From the IMG/VR virus record IMGVR_UViG_3300046804_001132, positions 8,091-72,090 of that record: DNA of 64,000 nt; one strand, written 5' to 3'. This document shows, in pieces, positions 32,869 to 41,891 of this stretch. This DNA is from a virus. Made by a program: the position numbers and the translations under genes. Every line of letters begins with the position of its first letter. The stretch's first letter is position 1. The notes beneath the pieces were generated by a model that was given only the letters and a program-made list of their open reading frames with translations, searched no databases and had not been told where the DNA came from.

Positions 32869-33175
32869 ACTTGTAAATGAAGTTGCAGAGTTTACAGAAA
32901 TATCAGAGATATGTGAAGACGATCAACTTACAGAAGCATTAGCACTTATTGTAAAACTAATGATGAATCCAGATATACCTCCACAAAAGGCGGTAAATCT
33001 AATCGTTCAACTAGAAGCCTACGCAGCAAAGTTTGCAATGCTTGCTTCATATTACACAAACGTAAAAAAGGATGACAGGGTAAAGAAGAATCTTTACTTT
33101 TCTGCTCGTGACGCTATACAGAGACTAACTGATTCTCTAAAGTATAGTGCTAAACTAGGGAGTTTTTATGGCTAA
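32852..33175 (+). CDS. Conserved hypothetical protein
   Basis: ORF coupled within recombination block. Confidence 0.55.
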   Translation: MTTTLELVNEVAEFTEISEICEDDQLTEALALIVKLMMNPDIPPQKAVNLIVQLEAYAAKFAMLASYYTNVKKDDRVKKNLYFSARDAIQRLTDSLKYSAKLGSFYG

Positions 33176-33935
33176 GAATTTTTTGAAGCAGGTAATTAAC
33201 AAGCCTGTTGATGGTGCGATTGATACGAAGGCTTTTATTGAAAAGATTGAGTCTGGCTATCTTGTAGGAAGAGATCCAGAGTTTAAGACTAAGAAAACAT
33301 TTAGTCCATCTACCCTTGTATATGGTAGTGGTGCATGTGCTCGTTATTGGTTCTTGGCATTCTCTGGAGCAGAGTTTGTCGATGACGCAGATCCATATGC
33401 CGTAGCAAACATGGGAAGCGGCACGCAGGCCCATGAACGCATTCAGACGGCCATTGAAAATGCAGGCATCATGGTAGAGAAGGAAAAGCGTATCGTCGCT
33501 CAAGACCCTCCTATCTTTGGTTTTGCAGATGCTATCGTACAATGGGGAGAAGATCAGCCTGTTGTAGAAATCAAGACTATGCGTGAAGAATCGTTTGCCT
33601 ATCGCAAGCACGCCAAGCCACCGTCATATCACGTTATGCAGTTGGTAATCTATATGAAGGTGCTAGGAAAGAAGTTGGGCATTCTTCTTTACGAGAACAA
33701 GAATTCTCATGAACTCCATGCTATTACTGTTGAGCCAACACCAGAACTTATTTCTTGGGCAGACTATGCCTTTGACTGGATGAAGAAGGTTAGGGCACAA
33801 TGGGAAAGCAAGGAGATTCCAAAGAAGACATACCGATCAAATTCCAAGGTATGTGGGGGCTGCCCTGTAAGAAATGCTTGTGCAAATGCTGACAAGGGAA
33901 GCGTAAAGATTGATCCTTTGGAGTATCTTGAATGA
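33168..33935 (+). CDS. Cas4-like RecB-family exonuclease
   Basis: CARY, GTQAH, GFAD, EIKT, QLVIYM and C-terminal C-x2-C-x5-C. Confidence 0.8.
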   Translation: MAKNFLKQVINKPVDGAIDTKAFIEKIESGYLVGRDPEFKTKKTFSPSTLVYGSGACARYWFLAFSGAEFVDDADPYAVANMGSGTQAHERIQTAIENAGIMVEKEKRIVAQDPPIFGFADAIVQWGEDQPVVEIKTMREESFAYRKHAKPPSYHVMQLVIYMKVLGKKLGILLYENKNSHELHAITVEPTPELISWADYAFDWMKKVRAQWESKEIPKKTYRSNSKVCGGCPVRNACANADKGSVKIDPLEYLE

Positions 33936-34222
33936 AATATTGTGCTTGGTGCTCTGCTGAATTTGTTGCAAAAGTAAATTATCAAATTTACTGTGGTGCA
34001 GAATGCAGAGAACTTGCTACAAAAGAAAAGATAAATGAAAGATCTGAAATAAACAGAAGAAAGAATCTTTCTAAGAAAAGAAGAAGATGCAGCGGAGGAT
34101 GTGGAACCGTTATCAGCATGTACAATGATAACGGATTCTGCAATGTTTGCATGATAAATAAAAAGAAGGTTGACAAAATGCTAAAGGAACTCAAAGGATT
34201 ATTTGACTATGAGCAGAATTAG
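33932..34222 (+). CDS. Cys-rich zinc-finger protein
   Basis: CAWC..YCGAEC..CSGGC..CNVC. Confidence 0.6.
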   Translation: MKYCAWCSAEFVAKVNYQIYCGAECRELATKEKINERSEINRRKNLSKKRRRCSGGCGTVISMYNDNGFCNVCMINKKKVDKMLKELKGLFDYEQN

Positions 34223-34802
34223 TAAGATAAAAGACTTTGATGTTCCTAGTTCATTTTGTGCCATAGATGCAAGCACAAATAGTTTAGCCTTTGCCTACTT
34301 TACTAACAATCAGTTAAAAAGTTATGGAAAGATAAAGTATCAAGGAAATAATATTTATGAAAAAATAGGAGATACTGCTCACAAAACTATGGCATTCTTT
34401 AATTCATTTCCTATTGAGACAATCATAATTGAAGATACAATCTTTGCAAATTCTCCAAAGACTGCTGCACAACTTGCGAAGGCTCAGGGAGCATTGCTGG
34501 CAGCAGCAAATTTGGCAGGAGTAAAAGCGGTATACGCAATCAGTCCAGTTGCTTGGCAAAACTATGTAGGAACACGGCTTCTTACACAAGAAGAAAAAGA
34601 TAAGATTAAAAATGCAACACCAGGCAGAAGTAATTCTTGGTACAAAACAAGAGAACGTGAAATGAGAAAGAACAAGACTATCGCTACAATGAATGAGAGA
34701 TTTAATATAAATATCTCTGATAACGATGTTGCAGATGCCATAGGTATTGGTGTATACTCTATGGAAAATTGGACAAAGGTTATTGGAAGTAATAATGCCT
34801 AG
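34203..34802 (+). CDS. RuvC-like resolvase
   Basis: AIDAST, IIED, DVADAIGIG. Confidence 0.75.
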   Translation: MTMSRISKIKDFDVPSSFCAIDASTNSLAFAYFTNNQLKSYGKIKYQGNNIYEKIGDTAHKTMAFFNSFPIETIIIEDTIFANSPKTAAQLAKAQGALLAAANLAGVKAVYAISPVAWQNYVGTRLLTQEEKDKIKNATPGRSNSWYKTREREMRKNKTIATMNERFNINISDNDVADAIGIGVYSMENWTKVIGSNNA

Positions 34803-34947
34803 GGGAAGCACACTACATCACTCTGAGGCTTTTTTGAGAAAGAGAATTCTTGTCGATAAGAAGACTCCAGAAGAAATTGCAAAAGAATGCAACGTAAGTT
34901 TACAAATTATTTATCGTCAACTAAAAAAGTTTGGATTAAGAAAATGA
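34795..34947 (+). CDS. Small HTH protein
   Basis: TPEEIAKECNVSLQIIYRQLKKFGL. Confidence 0.65.
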   Translation: MPRGSTLHHSEAFLRKRILVDKKTPEEIAKECNVSLQIIYRQLKKFGLRK

Positions 34948-35180
34948 CAGACATGGTAAATCATCCTGCACACTATACATCAGATCCTTCTGGCATCGAA
35001 TGTATTGACATTGTTCGTCATAGGAACTATAATATAGGTAATGCGATCAAGTATCTTTGGCGTGCTGGTCTTAAGAATGAAGACAAGCACATTGAAGATC
35101 TAAAGAAGGCAGTATTCTATATCAATGATGAAATCAAAAGACTAGAGGGATTAAAGAATGTCTCGCAAAAAGATAGTTAG
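34944..35180 (+). CDS. DUF3310-family protein (nucleotide kinase-like)
   Basis: VNHPAHY, GNAIKYLWRAGLK, EDLKKA. Confidence 0.8.
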   Translation: MTDMVNHPAHYTSDPSGIECIDIVRHRNYNIGNAIKYLWRAGLKNEDKHIEDLKKAVFYINDEIKRLEGLKNVSQKDS

Positions 35181-35442
35181 TCCATTCGCACACCTTTATC
35201 ATCGTGAGTCAAGTATCGCTATTGAGGGCGGTAGGGTGATTCAAAAAGGTGAGGTCATCAAGATTAAGGGAATAAATGCCACAAAGTTTGTGTTCAAGGA
35301 ATATGTTCGCAGAACTGATAGTGGAATAGACTGGATTGACTGCTTTGAATTGGACAAGGGTGTAAGTTGCGGTCAGAGATCATTTAGGAAGGATCGCATT
35401 AAGCCCACACCAAAGCCAAAAAAGAAAAGAACTAAAATTTAA
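35158..35442 (+). CDS. Hypothetical protein
   Basis: ORF with RBS, overlaps upstream gene. Confidence 0.5.
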   Translation: MSRKKIVSPFAHLYHRESSIAIEGGRVIQKGEVIKIKGINATKFVFKEYVRRTDSGIDWIDCFELDKGVSCGQRSFRKDRIKPTPKPKKKRTKI

Positions 35443-35449
35443 TAGTTGT

Positions 35450-35523
35450 GCGTCTGTGGTGTAGAGGTAACATGTCATCCTTCCAAGTTGAAGTCGCCAG
35501 TTCGATTCTGGTCAGACGCTCCA
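35450..35523 (+). tRNA. tRNA-Gly(TCC)
   Basis: Cloverleaf GCGTCTG/CAGACGC, loop CT-TCC-AA, GTTCGATTC, encoded CCA. Confidence 0.9.
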
Positions 35524-35619
35524 AAAATGCGTATTATATCAAATAAATTATCCGACAATTGACACGTTTATTTTACTGTGTTAATCTAGAATGGTGTTGC
35601 CGCCGCAAGGAGGAAACAA

Positions 35620-36162
35620 ATGACGAAAACGAAACTGGTAGGAGGTATCATGGCTATAGCATTGATGTTTAGTTCATCTAGTGCTGTTGCTGCTACCAAC
35701 GAACAGGTGTATGCTAAGTCAAATGCACCTATTGCGACGGAGGCTTTATCAAAGCCTGTCGTAAATGAAGCAAGGGCAAAGATAAAGCCAGAACCTGCCT
35801 GTAAGAATTGGCTTGCCAAATCATTGGCTAAGGCTGGCTTTAAGGGCAGAGGATTGAAGATTGCTTGGGCGATTGCCATGCGTGAGTCTGGTGGCCGTGC
35901 CAACGCCATTTCTTCTACAGGAGATTATGGTGTTTTTCAATTCAACCGCGCAGCATGGGGAAAGGAACCTTGGTGGAATACCTCCAAACTCCTTACCCGT
36001 GATTACAATATCATGATTGCCTATCGTATCTCACAGCATGGGAAGACATTCTACCCTTGGGATATTGACGGGGCAGGAAGATACAAGGGGCGATACACCC
36101 CTAAATCTGTATACAAGAAGTATAAGTCTTGGTATAACCAATTTCCAAGCAATTGTGAATAA
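35620..36162 (+). CDS. Secreted lytic transglycosylase (SLT/Rpf-like)
   Basis: N-terminal signal peptide, AIAMRESGG catalytic Glu, DYGVFQFN. Confidence 0.75.
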   Translation: MTKTKLVGGIMAIALMFSSSSAVAATNEQVYAKSNAPIATEALSKPVVNEARAKIKPEPACKNWLAKSLAKAGFKGRGLKIAWAIAMRESGGRANAISSTGDYGVFQFNRAAWGKEPWWNTSKLLTRDYNIMIAYRISQHGKTFYPWDIDGAGRYKGRYTPKSVYKKYKSWYNQFPSNCE

Positions 36163-36250
36163 GTAGTAGGTGGGGTAGGAAACCGAATTTAAATGTAGGT
36201 GGCAACATTCCTACCCCACCACTGCTATAATTGTCCCTCTAGGGAGAACT

Positions 36251-36769
36251 ATGACAGACATAATGCTTCATCTTGAAGAAGTTAATACAGTAGCAGCAGA
36301 ATATATCAAGGGTAAAAATGAAACTGAGATTTCAAAAGAACTTGATATTCCTCGCGCAAGAGTTTCATCAATGCTTAGAGAATGGAAGCAAATGGCTTCC
36401 AACAATGAGGCTGTTAGAAGCAGAGCAAGAGAGGCTTTGGCTTCAGCAGACCAGCATTACAACTATTTAATTAGACAGGCTTACGAAGTAATTGATGATG
36501 CTAACACAACTGCCAATCTTGGTGCAAAGACCACGGCAATTAAACTAGTTCTTGATATTGAGACTCGCAGAATTGACATGCTACAAAAGGCTGGTCTTTT
36601 AGAAAACAAAGAACTGGCAGAAGAACTTATTGAACAAGAAAGAAAGCAAGAAGTCTTGATCAATATTCTCAAAGACGTTTCTGCTGATTGTCCACGATGC
36701 AAGAATGAACTTGCTCGTCGTTTGGCTGCTGCGGCAAGTAGCGAAGAAGTGATTACAATTGACAATTGA
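36251..36769 (+). CDS. Terminase small subunit (putative)
   Basis: N-terminal HTH, helical; directly upstream of large terminase. Confidence 0.6.
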   Translation: MTDIMLHLEEVNTVAAEYIKGKNETEISKELDIPRARVSSMLREWKQMASNNEAVRSRAREALASADQHYNYLIRQAYEVIDDANTTANLGAKTTAIKLVLDIETRRIDMLQKAGLLENKELAEELIEQERKQEVLINILKDVSADCPRCKNELARRLAAAASSEEVITIDN

Positions 36770-38549
36770 TTTTAGTTCGTTCCTAGAAGCACTAGATGAT
36801 TCACCATTTGAAGAGATTCCAGTAGATTTGGAAACCTTTTTACATTCAGAAAACTTTTTGAATCAACCAGAACTTTCTCAGATCCAAAGAGATCTTGTAG
36901 AAGCAATGAGCCAGATTTATAAAGAAGAAGATCTAATTAGATTTATGGGTGAAAAAGATGGTAGAGCACACTACAAGAAATACACCAAGGGCGAGGTAAT
37001 TCTTCAGTGTGGCAAGGGAAGTGGAAAGGATCACACATCAACCATTGGCTGTGCTTACTTAGTTTATAAACTTATGTGTCTAAAAGATCCTGCTAGATAT
37101 TTTGGCAAACCACCTGGTGATGCTATTGATATTATCAATATTGCTATTAACGCACAGCAGGCTAGGAACGTGTTCTTCAAGGGATTCAAAAACAAGATTG
37201 AGCGTTGTCCTTGGTTTGCTGGAAAGTATGATCCCAAGGCAGATAGTGTTGAGTTTGACAAGGCCATAACGGTCTATTCAGGACACTCAGAGCGAGAATC
37301 ACATGAGGGACTAAATCTCATGCTCGCCATTCTTGACGAGATCTCAGGCTTTGCTCAGGAGTCAACAAGCGGCAATGAGAATGCCAAGACTGGTGATGCA
37401 ATCTATAAAGCATTCCGTGCATCTGTTGATTCACGTTTTCCAGACTACGGTAAAGTAATTCTTCTGTCATTCCCACGTTACCCAGGAGATTTTATTTCCA
37501 AAAGGTACGATGAAGTTATTGTTGAAAAGGAAACGGTATTTAAGAATCATAAGTTTATTATTGATCCAGATCTTCCTCCAGACCTAGATGGCAATAACTT
37601 TGAAATAGAATGGGAAGAAGATCACATCATCTCCTATAAATATCCAGGAATTTTTGCAATCAAGAGGCCAACATGGGACGTTAATCCTACTCGCAGCATT
37701 GAAGACTTTAAGATTTCTTTCTTAACAGATCATGCAGATGCAATGCAAAGATTTGCATGTATGCCATCATTTGCTTCTGATGCTTTCTTCAAGCAAAGAG
37801 ATAAGTTGGAAAAGGCAATGAGCATGAGAAATCCCATCGACTCTTACAAGAGGATTGAGCCTACATTTATTCCAGAAGAGGATAAGGTTTACTTCCTTCA
37901 TGCTGACCTTGCACAAAAGCATGACAAGTGTGCCGTCGCAGTTTCACATGTAGAGAAATGGGTAGAAGTAAAGTCATTTAATGATTACACTCAGATTGTT
38001 CCATTCGTTATTGTTGACGCAGTTGTGTGGTGGGAACCTCGCAAGGAAGGTCCAGTAGATTTATCTGAGGTAAAGAATTGGATAATTGACTTCCGTCGTC
38101 AAGGATTTAATTTAGGAATGGTTACGTTTGACCGCTGGCAATCATTTGATATTCAGCAAGAACTTAAGACAGTAGGTATCAGAACAGATACATTGTCAGT
38201 AGCAAAAAAGCATTATGAGGATTTGGCAATGCTTATCTACGAAGAAAGAGTTGCTATGCCACATATTGATTTACTTCTTGAAGAGATGAGTGAATTGAGA
38301 ATCGTTTCTGACAAGAAGGTCGATCACCCTAGAAAAAAGTCTAAGGACTTGGCTGACGCTATGTGTGGGGCGGTATACAATGCAATTAGCCATACCCCTC
38401 GTAATAGGAATCAAGAAATAGAAATTCATGACTGGAAATCAATTTCAAGATCTAATGATCTAAAAGAGATGCAGAAGAATGCAATCAAGATTCCAGAAAA
38501 GGCACCAGAAGATATATCAGATTACCTATCTTCATTTGGATTTTTTTAG
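36759..38549 (+). CDS. Terminase large subunit
   Basis: GKGSGKD Walker A, ILDE Walker B, HADLA, FDRWQS, DHP...KDLADA. Confidence 0.88.
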   Translation: MTIDFSSFLEALDDSPFEEIPVDLETFLHSENFLNQPELSQIQRDLVEAMSQIYKEEDLIRFMGEKDGRAHYKKYTKGEVILQCGKGSGKDHTSTIGCAYLVYKLMCLKDPARYFGKPPGDAIDIINIAINAQQARNVFFKGFKNKIERCPWFAGKYDPKADSVEFDKAITVYSGHSERESHEGLNLMLAILDEISGFAQESTSGNENAKTGDAIYKAFRASVDSRFPDYGKVILLSFPRYPGDFISKRYDEVIVEKETVFKNHKFIIDPDLPPDLDGNNFEIEWEEDHIISYKYPGIFAIKRPTWDVNPTRSIEDFKISFLTDHADAMQRFACMPSFASDAFFKQRDKLEKAMSMRNPIDSYKRIEPTFIPEEDKVYFLHADLAQKHDKCAVAVSHVEKWVEVKSFNDYTQIVPFVIVDAVVWWEPRKEGPVDLSEVKNWIIDFRRQGFNLGMVTFDRWQSFDIQQELKTVGIRTDTLSVAKKHYEDLAMLIYEERVAMPHIDLLLEEMSELRIVSDKKVDHPRKKSKDLADAMCGAVYNAISHTPRNRNQEIEIHDWKSISRSNDLKEMQKNAIKIPEKAPEDISDYLSSFGFF

Positions 38550-38578
38550 TTGACATAGCCATCAATATGGCATACAAT
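38550..38578 (+). promoter_or_regulatory. Sigma-70-type promoter
   Basis: TTGACA-17 nt-TACAAT. Confidence 0.7.
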
Positions 38579-38600
38579 ATTCACAACATTAGGAGAGAAA

Positions 38601-38777
38601 ATGATTCTTGCATTTCTTATCATGTCATTAGTAATTTGGACACTATCTGTCATTATGAATCTTTATACCGTTGCAAGTCAGTCAAGAGGGTCAGGCATTA
38701 CCTTTGTCACGGTGCTGTCTCTTATTGTCAATCTTGTTATGGTTACATTCAATATTATTGCCATAGCATCTTTGTAG
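38601..38777 (+). CDS. Small two-TM membrane protein (58 aa, not in ORF track)
   Basis: RBS AGGAG; MILAFLIMSLVIWTLSVIMNLY...FVTVLSLIVNLVMVTFNIIAIASL. Confidence 0.65.
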   Translation: MILAFLIMSLVIWTLSVIMNLYTVASQSRGSGITFVTVLSLIVNLVMVTFNIIAIASL

Positions 38778-38782
38778 GACGA

Positions 38783-38861
38783 CGGCAGGTAGGCAAATTG
38801 GTTACGCCGCCAGTCTTATAAACTGGGAATACGATTGTGGGTTCAAGCCCCACCCTGCCGA
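38783..38861 (+). tRNA. tRNA-Ile(TAT)
   Basis: CGGCAGG/CCTGCCG acceptor, CCAGT/ACTGG stem with CT-TAT-AA loop, GTTCAAGC T loop. Confidence 0.8.
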
Positions 38862-38893
38862 CTATTAGTGATATAATATTTTAGGAGGACAAT

Positions 38894-39283
38894 ATGTTTA
38901 ATAGAGAAAATTTATTTCAAGATTCTGCTGAGAATGCAGAAAGTGTAGTTGAAGACGCAGTTGTTGTTGTAGAAGAGCCAGAGGCTGCTCCAGTAGTTGA
39001 GGAAGCAGTAGCAGTTGAAGAGGCTCCAGTAGAGCAACCAGTTGAGAAGGCTGTTAAGGATTCTGGTAAGTATCCAGGAGTTGCAGCACTATCCGCAGGA
39101 CAGAAGAATGAATCAGTATCAAAGGTTCAAAGAGAACTTTCTGCAAAGGGCTTTGCTGTAGCAGTAACTGGAACATATGACAGGGCAACAGAAAACGCTG
39201 TAGCACTTTTCTGTAAGTCAAAGGGCGTACATGCCGATGGGACACAAGTTGGTCCCAAAACATGGAAACACCTTTTTGGATAA
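38894..39283 (+). CDS. Peptidoglycan-binding domain protein
   Basis: VQREL..GF...TGTYD..T..AV..F...VGPKTW. Confidence 0.7.
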   Translation: MFNRENLFQDSAENAESVVEDAVVVVEEPEAAPVVEEAVAVEEAPVEQPVEKAVKDSGKYPGVAALSAGQKNESVSKVQRELSAKGFAVAVTGTYDRATENAVALFCKSKGVHADGTQVGPKTWKHLFG

Positions 39284-39285
39284 TT

Positions 39286-39594
39286 ATGCCTTGGAATATT
39301 AGACGTTCAGGATCTCAGTATGAAGTTGTTCAAGAGAACAACGGAAGAGTCATGGGCAAGCATCCAACAAGATCTTCAGCAGAAAGGCAACTTGCTGCAT
39401 TGTATGCAAGTGAGCCAAGCGCAAGCAAGATTTCTGATTCAGGTCCAACTCCTCCAATTGATGGATCTGCGCCAATCAGCAACCAAGATACAATAAATCG
39501 TAATCCTCAAATTATCAATGGCTCAAAGCAAAAGAAGAAAAAGCCACAAGATAATTTCTGGAACGGTTCTTTCTTTCCAAGAAATAATCCATAA
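39286..39594 (+). CDS. Putative capsid-internal protein with C-terminal W-x-G-x-F motif
   Basis: PWNI...GKHPTRSSAERQLAALYASE module; ends FWNGSFF. Confidence 0.55.
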   Translation: MPWNIRRSGSQYEVVQENNGRVMGKHPTRSSAERQLAALYASEPSASKISDSGPTPPIDGSAPISNQDTINRNPQIINGSKQKKKKPQDNFWNGSFFPRNNP

Positions 39595-39612
39595 TAATGG
39601 TAAAATGAAGGA

Positions 39613-39921
39613 GTGAGAATGCAATTTCTTGCAGCACTTATTCCTTGGATCGTAACAGCAATATTTCTTTTAATAGTTATAAAAAGAAAGCCACAAGAAG
39701 ATGATTCTTTTGATACAGAAAACTGGCCCGAAGAAGACATTGTGAGAGTTGCAGTTATTGACAATAAGGCATATTGGGTATACAATAATACTTTCTATGA
39801 GGCTGATGTTGAGGGAGAAGATCCAGATTTTGAATCTGCTCGCCCAATCAATACCATGAATATGCCACATAAAGAACTTAATAAGTTATTGAATATTCTA
39901 GACACACTAGAAGAAAACTAA
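39613..39921 (+). CDS. Membrane-anchored hypothetical protein
   Basis: N-terminal TM helix; GTG 6 nt after TAAAAT. Confidence 0.6.
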   Translation: MRMQFLAALIPWIVTAIFLLIVIKRKPQEDDSFDTENWPEEDIVRVAVIDNKAYWVYNNTFYEADVEGEDPDFESARPINTMNMPHKELNKLLNILDTLEEN

Positions 39922-39942
39922 TAGAATCGAAAGGAAATTTTA

Positions 39943-40287
39943 ATGAACATCGTTGTTCAGGGTACAAAGGAATTTGTTGATTACAACGTCTTTATGCGTG
40001 CAATGGGCGTTGCGCTATCAACAATTGAGGATGAAGAGTTCAATGTTTACTCAGTAGGTCCTGCCCAAATTAATTCATTTACTGCTGAGTTCTGCAATCT
40101 TTCAGAGAATGGATTAAAGCGACGAGGCATTAAAACACGTTTCTTCAAGGTTCCAACATCATATGTTGAAGAGCATATTTCCGATTTCGACTATTTTGCC
40201 TTTCTTTCCAATCCGAATCAGCGACCGTCTAAGTTGGTAGCGTCTGCTGAGTTGGCTGGAGTGGAGACTGGCATTTTCCGATACTAG
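39943..40287 (+). CDS. SLOG/YspA-like protein (putative)
   Basis: MNIVVQGTKEFVDY N-terminus typical of this fold. Confidence 0.45.
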   Translation: MNIVVQGTKEFVDYNVFMRAMGVALSTIEDEEFNVYSVGPAQINSFTAEFCNLSENGLKRRGIKTRFFKVPTSYVEEHISDFDYFAFLSNPNQRPSKLVASAELAGVETGIFRY

Positions 40288-40295
40288 GAGATGCC

Positions 40296-40655
40296 ATGTT
40301 GAGTAAGAAGGATTTTGCGTATCTAAGTGTTGCAAGATATTTTGCAAAAAAGTCTAAGGCAAGAAATACTCATGGCGCTGTCGTTGTAAAGGGCGGCAGG
40401 GTTTTGGGTACTGGATATAACAAGGATCGAAATCATCCTAAGATAGTCTCTCCAGAGCATATTAAGACTAATTGCTCTATTCACGCAGAAGAGGTTGCTA
40501 TTCGTGACGCAGGAGAGGATAATGTTAGGGGAGCAATCATTTATGTTGCAAGAGTAAATCGTCATGGCAATGATAGGGATAGTAAGCCATGTCCACGTTG
40601 CAGCAGATTGATTGAAAAGGTTGGAATCAAAAGAGTAATTTTCACATCTCAATAG
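40296..40655 (+). CDS. Cytidine/dCMP deaminase-family protein
   Basis: HGAVVV..G.N, HAEE, PCPRC. Confidence 0.85.
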   Translation: MLSKKDFAYLSVARYFAKKSKARNTHGAVVVKGGRVLGTGYNKDRNHPKIVSPEHIKTNCSIHAEEVAIRDAGEDNVRGAIIYVARVNRHGNDRDSKPCPRCSRLIEKVGIKRVIFTSQ

Positions 40656-40663
40656 GAGAAAAA

Positions 40664-40894
40664 ATGCTAGTAAATGATTTGAGTTATATGGAAAAGATTG
40701 TTGATTCACGAAACGATCTTTACTGGGACGGCTGGAATGTCGTAAAGTTTAAGAAGGACCCAAACGCCTTTACTTCAGTAAACGGTATTTTTAGAAATGG
40801 CGATTGGGGAAAGAAGACTGTCTTTCCAGTAACAGAAAATGGATGGAATATTCCTGAAAACATTGGATCTGCTCATGCAAAAATGGCAGGATGA
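40664..40894 (+). CDS. Hypothetical protein
   Basis: RBS AGGAG. Confidence 0.55.
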   Translation: MLVNDLSYMEKIVDSRNDLYWDGWNVVKFKKDPNAFTSVNGIFRNGDWGKKTVFPVTENGWNIPENIGSAHAKMAG

Positions 40895-41156
40895 CGCAAA
40901 ATGTTTGGGAATGGACACCAACATCTTTTTCGATAAGTATGAAGAAGATCATGCTATAGCAAGAGCAGTTGACAAACTTTGTCAAGGATGCCCAGTTAAT
41001 AAAACATGCTTTGCTGTTGCAGTTTCCAATAAGGATTGGGGAGTGCATGGCGGGGTATATTTGAAAGATGGCGTCATAGATAAAGAGTTCAATGCTCATA
41101 AGTCAAAGGATGACTGGTTCAATACTTGGGAATCTTTAACAATGGATATGTCATGA
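40875..41156 (+). CDS. whiB: WhiB-family transcription factor
   Basis: W..AKC...FF, C-x2-C-P-V-x3-C, WGVHGG. Confidence 0.8.
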   Translation: MQKWQDDAKCLGMDTNIFFDKYEEDHAIARAVDKLCQGCPVNKTCFAVAVSNKDWGVHGGVYLKDGVIDKEFNAHKSKDDWFNTWESLTMDMS

Positions 41157-41416
41157 TATATACCCCAAAAATAAGACAGCAGGTTAAATCCGTTAAAGTT
41201 CCAGCAGATTTTGTCATGGATATTGTCGAATATGATTTCCATCCACCTTATATTGGATTAAGGTTTTATGAAAGCCATTGGAGACATATGTCTGAGATGG
41301 AAAGACTCAAGTGTATTGAATATCTTCTTAAGATAAAAAAGATTATTGAGTCACATAATATTAGCGTAACGATTGATCCAGTATATGATTTGCCTGGAAT
41401 ACAGCAGGTAAACTAA
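41153..41416 (+). CDS. Hypothetical protein
   Basis: ATGA overlap with whiB. Confidence 0.55.
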   Translation: MIYTPKIRQQVKSVKVPADFVMDIVEYDFHPPYIGLRFYESHWRHMSEMERLKCIEYLLKIKKIIESHNISVTIDPVYDLPGIQQVN

Positions 41417-41449
41417 AAATAATTGAAAGTGGATGCTATAATGGATAAC

Positions 41450-41890
41450 ATGGAAGAACTAGTTAATGCACTAAAGTCCTTGGTTGCAGACCAATATGTT
41501 GTATATCACAAGGCTCACGGATATCACTGGAACGTAGAAGGCATTCACTTTGCCATGTTTCATGATCTCTTTGCTGAAATTTATGAAGATGTTTATGAAT
41601 CAATTGATCCAACAGCAGAGAATATTCGCAAGATCGGTGGCTATGCTCCATTCACAATGACCAGACTTCAAGAACTTAAGACTATTCAGGATACTGAAGT
41701 TAGCACCAATCCAATGGATATGGTTGCAGATCTTTACAATGCAAATGAGCAAATCATTAAGTCAATTGTAAAAGTATTCGACATTGCCACTGCACTCAAT
41801 GAGCAAGGAATTGCAAATTTCATGGCTGAACGCCAAGATATGCATCAAAAATGGTGCTGGCAACTCCGAGTTTCAATGAAACAATTCTGA
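41450..41890 (+). CDS. dps: Dps/ferritin-like DNA-protection protein
   Basis: KAHGYHWNVEG..F..FHDLF...D..AENIR. Confidence 0.9.
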   Translation: MEELVNALKSLVADQYVVYHKAHGYHWNVEGIHFAMFHDLFAEIYEDVYESIDPTAENIRKIGGYAPFTMTRLQELKTIQDTEVSTNPMDMVADLYNANEQIIKSIVKVFDIATALNEQGIANFMAERQDMHQKWCWQLRVSMKQF

Positions 41891-41891
41891 A

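Noticed and set aside
33168-33935. Cas4-like gene as sign of a CRISPR system
   Set aside because: No repeat-spacer array or other cas genes seen; solo Cas4-like nucleases are common in phage recombination blocks
27328-38549. Inteins or introns in dnaE, recA or terminase
   Set aside because: Proteins are of normal length with contiguous motifs; no intein splice-junction motifs or split frames seen
38567-38821. ORF-track 84-aa protein
   Set aside because: Starts inside the promoter and runs into the tRNA; the RBS-bearing 58-aa ORF at 38601 in another frame is more credible
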